Assembly (NCBI GenBank): GCA_963837495.1
Contig: CAWINF010000001.1
Span: 2,043,382-2,107,381, forward strand
Direction: 5' to 3'
Origin: an uncultured Acidobacteriota bacterium
GTDB taxonomy: Bacteria; Acidobacteriota; Thermoanaerobaculia; UBA5066; Gp7-AA6
Length of the DNA stretch: 64,000 bases
Part shown: positions 46,870-55,386 of the stretch, one piece after another
How positions within the stretch are numbered: the stretch's first letter is position 1
Layout of the letters: each line of letters begins with the position of its first letter
Notes under the pieces: generated by a model
The model's input: only the letters and a program-made list of their open reading frames with translations
The model's database searches: none
Told to the model about the DNA's origin: nothing
Translations under genes and position numbers: made by a program

Positions 46870-48372
46870 TTAACCGGGGACCTGGACGCGCGGGAGCACG
46901 GGACGCGGAGCTCCCGCCAGGCGCGAGAGGAGAGACATCGAGGCCGTGTAAGCGAAACCGTTGAAGAAGACCAGGAGAAAGGGCACGCCCGCCCAGTAGT
47001 GCTCCTTGACGGCGAAGACGATCGCTCCCAGGAAATAGACGGCGAGGAGGATCTCGGCGGCGAGCGAGAAGTTGCCGGGCGCGCGGTACTTCTTCGTTCT
47101 CCAGTCGCCGCCGCGCGCCTCGATTCCGAACTTCGGTGTCCGCGTGAACTCCGTCTTGCGGTTCGTCAGCGCCTCGAGCACCGCGTGGACGTTGTTCAAG
47201 GACAACCCGATCCCGAGCGACAGAAGCAGCGGCATGGACTTCAAGGTCTTCTTCCAGTCGCGGCCGATCTCTCGCTGGGAAGAGATGTAGAAGGCGATAA
47301 AGGAAAACGTGGCGCCGAAGAAGAGTGGAAAATCCAGGATGACTAGGCGCCTCCAGCCGATCTGTTCCCGGATCACGATGGCGGGCACGATCAGGAGGGC
47401 CAGCAGCACGACGAGCAGGTGAGAGAAGTTGTTCGTCAGGTGGAAGAAGGCCTCTGCCTTGACCTTCCAGGAGTACGAGCTCCGGAAGATGGTTGGAAGG
47501 AGCTTGCGTCCCGTCTGGATGGACCCCTTCGTCCAGCGGTGCTGCTGGGACTTGAAACCGTTCATGTCCACCGGAAGCTCGGCCGGCGACGTGAGGTCCC
47601 TGAGATAGACGAACTTCCATCCGGCCAGTTGCGCGCGGTAGGAGATGTCGAGGTCCTCGGTGAGGGTGTCCGACTGCCAGCCGCCGGTCTCTTCCAGGCA
47701 GCGGCGCCGCCAGATCCCCGCCGTCCCGTTGAAGTTGAAGAAGCGGCCGGAACGGTGGCGGGCGGTGTGCTCGATGACGAAATGGCCGTCGAGGAAGATG
47801 GACTGGATCCGGGTCAGCAGGGAGTAGTCGCGATTCAAGTGCTCCCAGCGCGCCTGGACCATCCCGACGGAGGGGTCCGAGAAATAGGGAAGGCTGGCGC
47901 GCAGGATCTCGGGCGTCGGGACGAAGTCCGCGTCGAAGATCATCAGGTACTCGCCTCGGGCTGTCTCGAGGCCCGCCTGCAAGGCTCCCGCCTTGAAACC
48001 GCTCCGGTCCTGGCGCGTCTGATGTTCGATCCGGTAACCGAGGGCGCGGTAGCGTTCGACGACCCGCTTCGCGACCTCGCGCGTTTCGTCGGTCGAGTCG
48101 TCCAGCACCTGGATCTCGAGCAACTCCCGCGGGTAATCGATTGCGGCGACCGCATCGATCAGCCGCTCGACGACGTAGACTTCGTTGTAGATCGGAAGCT
48201 GGACCGTGACGAAAGGCAGGACGGGCAGATCCCCCGCCGGACGAGGAACGTCGCGGCGATGCTTGTAATAGAGCCAGACCATCAGCGCGCGATGGGTCCC
48301 GTACATCGCCAGGAGAGCCAGGACGAGGTAATAGACCGCCAGCGTCGCGATGCGCGCGCCTTCACTCGCCAT
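46870..48372 (-). CDS. family 2 glycosyltransferase, processive cellulose-synthase-like type with C-terminal TMs
   Basis: Contains DDSTD, FDADF, TEDLD and QQHRW motifs. 500 aa. Confidence 0.8.
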   Translation of the reverse strand: MASEGARIATLAVYYLVLALLAMYGTHRALMVWLYYKHRRDVPRPAGDLPVLPFVTVQLPIYNEVYVVERLIDAVAAIDYPRELLEIQVLDDSTDETREVAKRVVERYRALGYRIEHQTRQDRSGFKAGALQAGLETARGEYLMIFDADFVPTPEILRASLPYFSDPSVGMVQARWEHLNRDYSLLTRIQSIFLDGHFVIEHTARHRSGRFFNFNGTAGIWRRRCLEETGGWQSDTLTEDLDISYRAQLAGWKFVYLRDLTSPAELPVDMNGFKSQQHRWTKGSIQTGRKLLPTIFRSSYSWKVKAEAFFHLTNNFSHLLVVLLALLIVPAIVIREQIGWRRLVILDFPLFFGATFSFIAFYISSQREIGRDWKKTLKSMPLLLSLGIGLSLNNVHAVLEALTNRKTEFTRTPKFGIEARGGDWRTKKYRAPGNFSLAAEILLAVYFLGAIVFAVKEHYWAGVPFLLVFFNGFAYTASMSLLSRLAGAPRPVLPRVQVPG

Positions 48373-48429
48373 GACGCTCGATCTCCCTCTTCAAACCGGT
48401 GGTTCCTCCTCGGGGCGGCAGAGGCGATC

Positions 48430-49731
48430 GTGTTGGGTTTCCTCGTCCTGCCGGATACCAGGGTTCACCTGGCGCCGTACCTGCTTCTCTTTCTGGCGGG
48501 CGCCGCAGTCTCCGTTCTGGCAGCGAGGATCTTATCCGCATCGCGCCTGACTTTTCTTCTCTTTTGTGGGGCTCTGCTGCGGATCACGCTGATTGCCCGG
48601 ACGCCCGACCTGTCCGACGACGTGTTCCGCTACCTCTGGGACGCCCGCGTGTCCGTCGCCGGGATCTCTCCGTACGCGCTGCCTCCGAGCGATCCCGCCC
48701 TCGCCGGAATAGCGCCGGAGCTTGCCCGACGCGTGGCGCATCCCGAAATCCCGACGGTCTATCCCCCGGTGGCGCAGGCGGCCTTCCGCGTCTTCGGCGC
48801 GGGCGGCCATTTACTTGCGTGGAAGGCGTTTTCCGCCGCCGCCGACCTGGCGGTCGTGGCGCTCCTCTGGAGCGGCGGCGCCGGCGGGGCTTTTGCGTCG
48901 GCCCTGTACGCCTTTCATCCGCTCGCGATCACCGAGTCGGCGGGAGAGGGGCATCTGGACTCCCTCGGGGTCGCCCTGCTGCTGGCTTGTATGGTCCATA
49001 TCGCTCGCGGCCGCCACGCTCAAGCCGGCGTCGGGTTCGCGATGTCGGTCCTGACGAAGTACATCTCCATCGCCGCGGCAGTCCCCCTCCTGCGACGTGG
49101 ACGAGGTAGATTTCTTGCCGCCGGCGCGCTTTGCGCCGCGGCCCTGTGGCTCGCGGCTTCACGCCCCGGCGCTTCTCCGTGGGGCGGCCTCGGGCAATAC
49201 GCCAGGCGCTGGGATTTCAATTCGCCGGCCTACGCCGCGGCCGTCCGGTTGATGGATGTCTCCGGACTGCCTCGCATCGCGAAGGACTCGTTCCTCGATC
49301 TGAAAGCGGGGTGGGGCCATCCTCCCTGGACCCTGAGCGTCTTTCCCTACTTCTATTCCGCGTTCTTCGCGCGGGTCCTGCTCGCCTCGCTGCTGGGCGC
49401 CGCGCTTCTCGTCATTGCCCTGCGCGTCTGCGACATGGAGGTCGGCGTCTTCGCGAGCCTGGCGGCGCTGCTCCTCCTCTCGCCGACTCTCCATCCCTGG
49501 TATCTGCTCTGGGTCCTTCCCTTCGCCGCGAAGAGACGAGAGCCGGCCTTCCTCTTCCTCTCCTTCTGCGTGCCCCTCTCCTACGCCCTCCTTTATCCGC
49601 TGCCGGGAGTGTCGCGAGGTCTCGTGTACGCGGGAGAATTCCTGCCCTTTGCCGCCCTGCTCGGGTGGCAGCTTCTGCGAAGAGGCGGCGTCCTGAGGAC
49701 TGAGGACCGAGGATTGAGGACCGAGGACTGA
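48430..49731 (+). CDS. GT-C membrane glycosyltransferase, GT87 / DUF2029-like
   Basis: Polytopic, with a first-loop DDVFRYLWDARV...GISPY. The GTG at 48430 was chosen; the track ORF start at 47419 is antisense to the GT2 gene. The last 13 codons are encoded by heptamer repeats. Confidence 0.6.
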   Translation: MLGFLVLPDTRVHLAPYLLLFLAGAAVSVLAARILSASRLTFLLFCGALLRITLIARTPDLSDDVFRYLWDARVSVAGISPYALPPSDPALAGIAPELARRVAHPEIPTVYPPVAQAAFRVFGAGGHLLAWKAFSAAADLAVVALLWSGGAGGAFASALYAFHPLAITESAGEGHLDSLGVALLLACMVHIARGRHAQAGVGFAMSVLTKYISIAAAVPLLRRGRGRFLAAGALCAAALWLAASRPGASPWGGLGQYARRWDFNSPAYAAAVRLMDVSGLPRIAKDSFLDLKAGWGHPPWTLSVFPYFYSAFFARVLLASLLGAALLVIALRVCDMEVGVFASLAALLLLSPTLHPWYLLWVLPFAAKRREPAFLFLSFCVPLSYALLYPLPGVSRGLVYAGEFLPFAALLGWQLLRRGGVLRTEDRGLRTED

Positions 49732-49819
49732 CATGGCCAAAGGGACGCTGCCGCCGGGAAAAGAGGCACTTCGGAAACCCCCGTTCGAGTCCTCAGTCCC
49801 AAGTCCTCAGTCCTCAGTC
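49691..49819. repeat. palindromic tandem-heptamer array 2
   Basis: The left arm is GACTGAG GACCGAG GATTGAG GACCGAG GACTGA (49698-49731), preceded by TCCTGAG. A 55-nt spacer follows, then the inverted arm GAGTCCT CAGTCCC AAGTCCT CAGTCCT CAGTC (49787-49819). Confidence 0.8.
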
Positions 49820-50566
49820 GAGATAACCCGCTACCGCGCCGTCCTCTCTTACATCGGGACGGGCTTCCACGGCTGGCAGATCCAGAAGAACGCGCCCCGG
49901 ACGGTCCAGGCCGTGCTGGAAGACGCGCTCGCGCGCTTTTCCGGAGAGCCCGTGCGCGCCGTCGCGGCGGGGCGGACCGACGCCGGGGTTCATGCGGAGG
50001 GTCAGGTCGTGCATTTCGACCTGGCGCGGCCAGTGCCGCCCGAGCGCCTCCGCGACGGAGCCAACGCGCTGCTGCCCGGCGACGTCCGGCTCCTCGCGGT
50101 GTCGCCGGCGCCGCCCGGTTTCCACGCCCGGAGCCGCGCGGCCTGGAAGGAATACCTCTACCGCTGGAGCCGTGCCGCTGTCACCCCGCCGCGCGATCGT
50201 CCCTTCGTCGCGCCGATCTCGGCCAGGGCCGACGCCGGCGTCCTGCGCGTCGCGGCGGCCGCGCTGCCGGGGGAGCGGGACTTCCGCGTCTTCGGCGTCC
50301 ACCTCCCCGCGGGCGAGTCGACAGTGAGGAATCTCCATTTCGTCCGCATCGAGGAATCCGGCGACGAGATCCGGGCGCTCTTGCGGGGAGACGCCTTTCT
50401 GCGGGGCATGGTCCGATCGATCTGCGGCGTCCTAGCGGCGATTGCGCGAGGAAAGGCGCCCCCCGAACGGATCGCCGAGCTCCTGGAAACCGGCGACAGG
50501 CGACTCCTCTCGTCGAAAGCTCCCGCGCTGGGGCTGACGCTCATCCGCGTGCACTACGGCGAGTAG
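49733..50566 (+). CDS. truA: tRNA pseudouridine(38-40) synthase
   Basis: YIGTGFHGWQIQ and the catalytic GRTDAGVHA. The conserved core starts about 30 codons after the only available ATG. Confidence 0.9.
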   Translation: MAKGTLPPGKEALRKPPFESSVPSPQSSVEITRYRAVLSYIGTGFHGWQIQKNAPRTVQAVLEDALARFSGEPVRAVAAGRTDAGVHAEGQVVHFDLARPVPPERLRDGANALLPGDVRLLAVSPAPPGFHARSRAAWKEYLYRWSRAAVTPPRDRPFVAPISARADAGVLRVAAAALPGERDFRVFGVHLPAGESTVRNLHFVRIEESGDEIRALLRGDAFLRGMVRSICGVLAAIARGKAPPERIAELLETGDRRLLSSKAPALGLTLIRVHYGE

Positions 50567-50591
50567 AAACCAGAGCCTGCGGTCGGCATTG

Positions 50592-50690
50592 GTGTCGTAG
50601 GGGCGGCCTTTACGGCCGCCCGCCTTTGGTCGTGTCTGGCAGATCGTCGTCGCGGGCGGGCGCAGGGCCCGCCCCTACGGCCGCGACGAC
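50592..50690. repeat. bipartite GC-hairpin element, family B
   Basis: GTGTCGTAGGGGCGGCC-TTTAC-GGCCGCCCGCC ... GGGCGGGC-GCAG-GGCCCGCCCCTACGGCCGCGACGAC. Confidence 0.6.
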
Positions 50691-50727
50691 AGTTCGGATC
50701 CTGATCTTGCGCGTTACACTCTTATCC

Positions 50728-51552
50728 GTGATCGATCTGGATAGTCTGGCCTCCTCCGGGACGCCGGAACGAAACCTCGTCAACGAGATCGACCTGGCGC
50801 GGCTGCCCCGGCACGTCGCGATCATCATGGACGGAAACGGGCGCTGGGCGCGGCAGCGCGGCTCGCCCCGCGTGGAGGGGCACCGGGCCGGGATCGCTTC
50901 GGTGCGGGAGACGGTGGAGACCTGCGCGCGCCTGAAGCTCGACGCGCTGACTCTCTACGCCTTCTCCGTCGAGAACTGGAAGCGGCCGCGGTTCGAGATC
51001 GTGACGCTCATGTCGCTCCTGAAGGAATACCTCAACCGCGAGCTCGCCAATCTCCTGAAGAACGACATCCGGTTCCGCGTGGTCGGAAGGATGAACGAGC
51101 TCGACGCCTCGGTGCAGAAAGAGCTGTCGAAGGGGCTCGCGGCCACCTCTTCCTGCCGCGGCATGACCTTCAACATCGCGTTGAACTACGGCGGGCGCAC
51201 GGAAATCGTGGACGCCTGCCGTTCGCTCGCCAACGACGTCGTCTCGGGCCGTCTGACGCCCGAGCAGATCGACGAGGAGACCCTGGGCTCGCGCCTGGGC
51301 ACGGCCGGGCTGCCCGACCCCGACCTGCTGATCCGCACGAGCGGCGAGATGCGCGTCTCCAACTTCCTTCTCTGGCAGATCGCCTACAGCGAGATCTGGG
51401 TCACCCCGACCCTCTGGCCGGACTTCCGCAAGCGGCACCTCATCGAGGCGATCCTCGACTTCCAGAAGCGCGAGCGCCGTTATGGCGGCGTGATCGACGA
51501 AGGGCGGGTGCAGGAAGTCGGCGAAGATCGAGCGGGCGCCGGCAGGCGGTAG
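50728..51552 (+). CDS. uppS: isoprenyl transferase (undecaprenyl-diphosphate synthase type)
   Basis: HVAIIMDGNGRWA, FSVENW and IRTSGEMRVSNFLLWQ. The GTG at 50728 was chosen; the track start lies inside the upstream repeat. Confidence 0.9.
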   Translation: MIDLDSLASSGTPERNLVNEIDLARLPRHVAIIMDGNGRWARQRGSPRVEGHRAGIASVRETVETCARLKLDALTLYAFSVENWKRPRFEIVTLMSLLKEYLNRELANLLKNDIRFRVVGRMNELDASVQKELSKGLAATSSCRGMTFNIALNYGGRTEIVDACRSLANDVVSGRLTPEQIDEETLGSRLGTAGLPDPDLLIRTSGEMRVSNFLLWQIAYSEIWVTPTLWPDFRKRHLIEAILDFQKRERRYGGVIDEGRVQEVGEDRAGAGRR

Positions 51553-51565
51553 GCGGCAGGCGACC

Positions 51566-52396
51566 TTGGCGCTGAAGAGGGAGGCCGCGGCGGCGGTCGC
51601 GATCCCGATCGTCCTCGCGATCCTCTTCTTCACGCCCCCGGCCGTCTTCGATCTGCTCGTCGCCGCCGTCTCGCTGGCCGCGCTGTGGGAGTTCTATCGC
51701 CTCGCGGAGAGGATGGGACATCCGGTCGCGAAGACGGTCGGCATGCTCGCGGGCCTCTCCTGCATCCCCCTGTCGTTTCTCCTCCGGTCGCCCGACGTTT
51801 ACATCCATGATTTTTATTTCATCAATGGACAGGCGTGGATCGGCGCGGGGATCCTCTTCGCTTTCCTGTCGGCGATCGCGCCACTCTTCGCGGGAGTCGC
51901 TCCTCCGGCGGCGCTCGGCGGCGCCGCCTCGACGCTCTTCGGCGTCTTCCTGATCGCGCTGCCCGCCTCGGCGATGTGTTCCCTGCGGGGCTTCTCTCCC
52001 CGCGCGGTCCTGTTCCTCTTCCTGATCGTGTGGGGATGCGATTCCTTCGCGTACTACACCGGCAAGAACTTCGGACGGCGCAAGCTCGCGCCGCTCGTTT
52101 CGCCGAACAAGACCTGGGAAGGGACGATCGGCGGTTTCGTGGGGGCGACGCTCATCGGCGCGGCGGCGGGAACGTGGGGAGTGCTGCCGGAGCTGGGACC
52201 GGTCCGCGGCGCGCTGGCCGCGGCCCTGGCGTCCTCCGCGGGGCAGATCGGGGACCTCGTCGAGTCGCTCTGGAAGCGAGGAGCCGGGGTCAAGGACTCC
52301 GGAACCTTCCTGCCGGGACACGGCGGGTTCTACGACCGGATCGACTCCCTGCTCTTCGCCGCGCCGGTATTGGCGGTGTTCGTGGCGCGGTTGTAG
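51566..52396 (+). CDS. cdsA: phosphatidate cytidylyltransferase
   Basis: SPNKTWEG...ESLWKRGAGVKDSGTFLPGHGGFYDRIDS signature. Confidence 0.9.
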   Translation: MALKREAAAAVAIPIVLAILFFTPPAVFDLLVAAVSLAALWEFYRLAERMGHPVAKTVGMLAGLSCIPLSFLLRSPDVYIHDFYFINGQAWIGAGILFAFLSAIAPLFAGVAPPAALGGAASTLFGVFLIALPASAMCSLRGFSPRAVLFLFLIVWGCDSFAYYTGKNFGRRKLAPLVSPNKTWEGTIGGFVGATLIGAAAGTWGVLPELGPVRGALAAALASSAGQIGDLVESLWKRGAGVKDSGTFLPGHGGFYDRIDSLLFAAPVLAVFVARL

Positions 52397-52421
52397 GGGA
52401 GACGACGGGGCTCTCGGCAGC

Positions 52422-52523
52422 GTGTCGTAGGGGAGGGGCTTGACCCCTCCCGCCCTTCGTCGTGTCCATTCGCAGAGGCGGGCGGCCGCAAGGGCCGCCC
52501 CTACGGCGCGAAGGCACGACGAG
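52422..52523. repeat. bipartite GC-hairpin element, family B
   Basis: GTGTCGTAGGGGAGGGGC-TTGA-CCCCTCCCGCC ... GGCGGGCGGCC-GCAA-GGGCCGCCCCTACGGCGCG. Confidence 0.6.
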
Positions 52524-52588
52524 GGCACAACGGGGGCACGGAGGCGCGGGGGCGTCGCGAACGGCGCGCTTATAATTGGCGGTTTCCT

Positions 52589-53794
52589 ATGAAGAACGTT
52601 TCCGTGCTGGGCTCTACCGGTTCCATCGGGCGGTCGGCGCTGGACGTGATCGAGGCTTTTCCGGACAGGTATCGGGTCGTGGCGCTGGCGGCGGGACGTT
52701 CGGTGGAGAAACTGGCGGGGCAGATCGCGCGCCACCGGCCGGAGCTTGCGGCCGTCGCGGGGCGCGAGGAGGCGCGCAGGCTCCAGGCGCTCCTTCCCGC
52801 CGGAATCTCGACGCGGATCGTCACGGGCCGCGAAGGGCTGGAAGAAGCCGCGGCGCACGAGAAGGCGGACGTGGTCGTCGGTGGCCTCGTCGGGGCGCTG
52901 GGCCTGCGCTCGGCGTACGCCGCGGCCGCGGCGGGCAAGAGGCTCGCGCTGGCCAACAAGGAGACGCTCGTCCTGGCGGGGGAGCTGATCCTGTCGGTCG
53001 CCGCGAAGAGCGGAGCCGAGATCGTGCCCGTGGACTCGGAGCACTGCGCGATCCACCAGGCCCTGCGCTGCGGCGAGAAAAACGAAGTCGAGCGGCTGGT
53101 GCTGACGGCCTCGGGAGGACCCTTCCGTCAGCGCGACCTTCTCAGCTTCGACACGATCACCGTCGAACACGCGCTCGCGCACCCCACCTGGAAGATGGGC
53201 CCGAAGATCACCGTGGACTCCGCCACGATGATGAACAAGGGGCTGGAGATCATCGAGGCGCATTTCCTCTTCGGGCTCCCCTCCGAGAAGATCGCGGTCG
53301 TTATCCATCCCCAGTCCATCGTCCATTCCTTCGTGGAGTTCGTGGACGGTTCCTACCTGGCCCAGCTCGGCCGAAACGACATGAAGTTCCCGATCCTCTA
53401 CGCGCTCTCCTATCCCGAGCGGGTGCGCAACGACTTCGGGCGGCTCGACCTCACGGAAGTCGGCCGGCTCGAGTTCTTCGACATGGAGCCGGGGCGTTAC
53501 CCCGCCGTCGGCCTGGCGCGCGCGGCGCTCGCGGACGGCGGCGGCATGCCGGCCGTCGTCAACGCGGCCAACGAGATCGCCGTCGAGGCCTTCCTGGCCG
53601 GGAAGATTTCCTTCCCCGGCATCGTTCGAGTTGTGTCCGAGACGGCCTCCGCCGCCGGCCGGGTCCGCTCGCCGGGGAGCCTCGAGGAGGCGGAAGAGAT
53701 TGACAGCATGGCGCGGCGAAAGGCGGCGGGAGCGGTCGAGCGCCTCTCCGCCGCGAGACCGGGTTCGATCGCGATCCAAGGAGCACCCGTTTGA
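52589..53794 (+). CDS. dxr: 1-deoxy-D-xylulose-5-phosphate reductoisomerase
   Basis: VSVLGSTGSIG, LANKE, DSEH and NAANE motifs. Confidence 0.95.
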   Translation: MKNVSVLGSTGSIGRSALDVIEAFPDRYRVVALAAGRSVEKLAGQIARHRPELAAVAGREEARRLQALLPAGISTRIVTGREGLEEAAAHEKADVVVGGLVGALGLRSAYAAAAAGKRLALANKETLVLAGELILSVAAKSGAEIVPVDSEHCAIHQALRCGEKNEVERLVLTASGGPFRQRDLLSFDTITVEHALAHPTWKMGPKITVDSATMMNKGLEIIEAHFLFGLPSEKIAVVIHPQSIVHSFVEFVDGSYLAQLGRNDMKFPILYALSYPERVRNDFGRLDLTEVGRLEFFDMEPGRYPAVGLARAALADGGGMPAVVNAANEIAVEAFLAGKISFPGIVRVVSETASAAGRVRSPGSLEEAEEIDSMARRKAAGAVERLSAARPGSIAIQGAPV

Positions 53795-55152
53795 GCATCG
53801 TTCAAAACACCCTGGCCCTCCTGCTCGTCCTTTCCGTCCTCGTGGTCGTCCACGAGTTCGGGCACTTCGCCGTCGCCAAGGCGTTCGGGTTTCCCGTCGA
53901 GGTCTTCTCCGTTGGCTTCGGAAAACGGCTCTTCGGGAAGATGTGGCACGGCACCGACTACCGCGTCTCCGCGATTCCGCTCGGCGGCTACGTGCGTATC
54001 GTCGGACTGGGCCCCGACGAGTCCACGCTGGCGGAAGGCTCGTCCGCCCAGGCGCCGCCTCCCGTCGGCAAGCGCTGGCAGCGCGCGCTGATCCTGCTGG
54101 CCGGTCCCTCGATGAACTTCGCGCTCGCCGTGGTCCTGCACTCCACCGTCTTCGCCGTGGGGGTGCGAGTGCCCGAGTACGAGCTGCAGCCTCCCGTCGT
54201 CCGGGCCATCGAGCCGGACTCTCCCGCCGCCGCGGCGGGATTCCAGCCGGGCGACCGCGTCGTCTCGATCGACGGGAGGGCGACGCCGCGCTGGAGGGAC
54301 GCGGAGTTTATCTTCGGAATGAACGCGCGCCAGAAGCTCGACGTCCAGGTGGACCGCGGCGGCCGGACGATCCACGTGCCGCTGACCCCGCGCGCCGCCA
54401 ACAAGTACGACATCGGAGACTCGGGCCTGCGCGCCGGCGCGCCGAGCGAGCCCCGCCTCGTCACGGTCCTGGCCGGAGATCCGGCGGCGCGGGCCGGCTT
54501 GAAGAAGGGGGACGTCGTCCTGTCCATCGCTGGGCGCCCGATCCGCGGCGCGCCGGAGGACATCCTGAAGAAGTTCGTCGGCGCGATCGGCGAGGCCGCT
54601 CCGGGACCCTTCGAGATCGCCTACCGGCGCGACGGGCAGACGCGGGTGACGCAGATCCAGCCGCGCCATGACCCCGACGGTTCCTGGAAGGTCGGCGTGT
54701 CGGTGGCCGCCGACCTGAAGGAAGTCACCGAGAGATTTCCGCCCGGGCAGGCGGTCGTGGAGGGATGGCGGCTCGTCGAGAGGGACTTCCGGACGACGCT
54801 CGCGATCTTGGGCCGTCTCTTCGTCGGAAGGGCGAGCCTGAAGACGATGTCCGGTCCGCTCGACATCGCCAAATTCTCGGGAGAGGCCGCGCGCACGGGC
54901 GCCGTTCCTCTCGTGGCCTTCATGGCGGCGATCTCGCTCCAGCTCGCGATCTTCAATATCCTCCCGATCCCGGTCCTGGACGGCGGCCACCTGTTCCTCC
55001 TGACGATCGAGGGCGCGGTGCGGCGGGACTTCTCCCTGGCCGTCAAGGAGCGCATCCTGCAGGTGGGCTTCCTGATGATCCTCGCCCTGATGTCGGTCAT
55101 CCTCTACAACGACCTCGCCAAGAACATGCCCGCCAAGTGGTGGCCCTTCTAA
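53791..55152 (+). CDS. rseP: RIP metalloprotease RseP (M50 site-2 protease) with PDZ domains
   Basis: HEFGHF zinc motif and C-terminal NILPIPVLDGG. The TTG start overlaps the dxr stop. Confidence 0.9.
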   Translation: MSIVQNTLALLLVLSVLVVVHEFGHFAVAKAFGFPVEVFSVGFGKRLFGKMWHGTDYRVSAIPLGGYVRIVGLGPDESTLAEGSSAQAPPPVGKRWQRALILLAGPSMNFALAVVLHSTVFAVGVRVPEYELQPPVVRAIEPDSPAAAAGFQPGDRVVSIDGRATPRWRDAEFIFGMNARQKLDVQVDRGGRTIHVPLTPRAANKYDIGDSGLRAGAPSEPRLVTVLAGDPAARAGLKKGDVVLSIAGRPIRGAPEDILKKFVGAIGEAAPGPFEIAYRRDGQTRVTQIQPRHDPDGSWKVGVSVAADLKEVTERFPPGQAVVEGWRLVERDFRTTLAILGRLFVGRASLKTMSGPLDIAKFSGEAARTGAVPLVAFMAAISLQLAIFNILPIPVLDGGHLFLLTIEGAVRRDFSLAVKERILQVGFLMILALMSVILYNDLAKNMPAKWWPF

Positions 55153-55270
55153 CGTCGCTCCGCGCGCGCCGCGGGATCTCCGAGCAATAGTGTCGCAGGG
55201 GACCTTGCGGTCCCCCGAACCCCCTCGGGCGTGATCCCGCTCCGGCGCTGCGCTCCCGCGCCGGCCGCAT
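55153..55270. repeat. GC-rich repeat, family C, copy 3, with an embedded family-B-like hairpin
   Basis: Starts right after the rseP TAA with CGTCGCTCCGCGCGCGCCGCGGG. It contains GCAGGGGACC-TTGC-GGTCCCC and ends ...ATCCCGCTCCGGCGCTGCGCTCCCGCG. Confidence 0.5.
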
Positions 55271-55326
55271 CGCGGTGGTCTTTAGGATTGTGTCGCCGAG
55301 AAAGCGTCGAGGCTTCCCTTGCCCGT

Positions 55327-55362
55327 GTCATCCTGAGCGAAGCGAAGGATCTGCTCCTCGTC
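55327..55362 (+). repeat. MITE-like element, family A, partial copy 3
   Basis: GTCATCCTGAGCGAAGCGAAGGATCTGCTC, then divergence. It is flanked by a ~35-nt direct repeat (55264-55299 and 55365-55398). Confidence 0.6.
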
Positions 55363-55386
55363 GGCCGCATCGTGGCGGCCTTTGGG

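Noticed and set aside
51440-54990. Minus-strand ORFs 51440-53779 (779 aa) and 53497-54990 (497 aa) opposite cdsA, dxr and rseP.
   Set aside because: They are antisense to highly conserved housekeeping genes and have low-complexity Arg/Asp/Gly-rich sequence.
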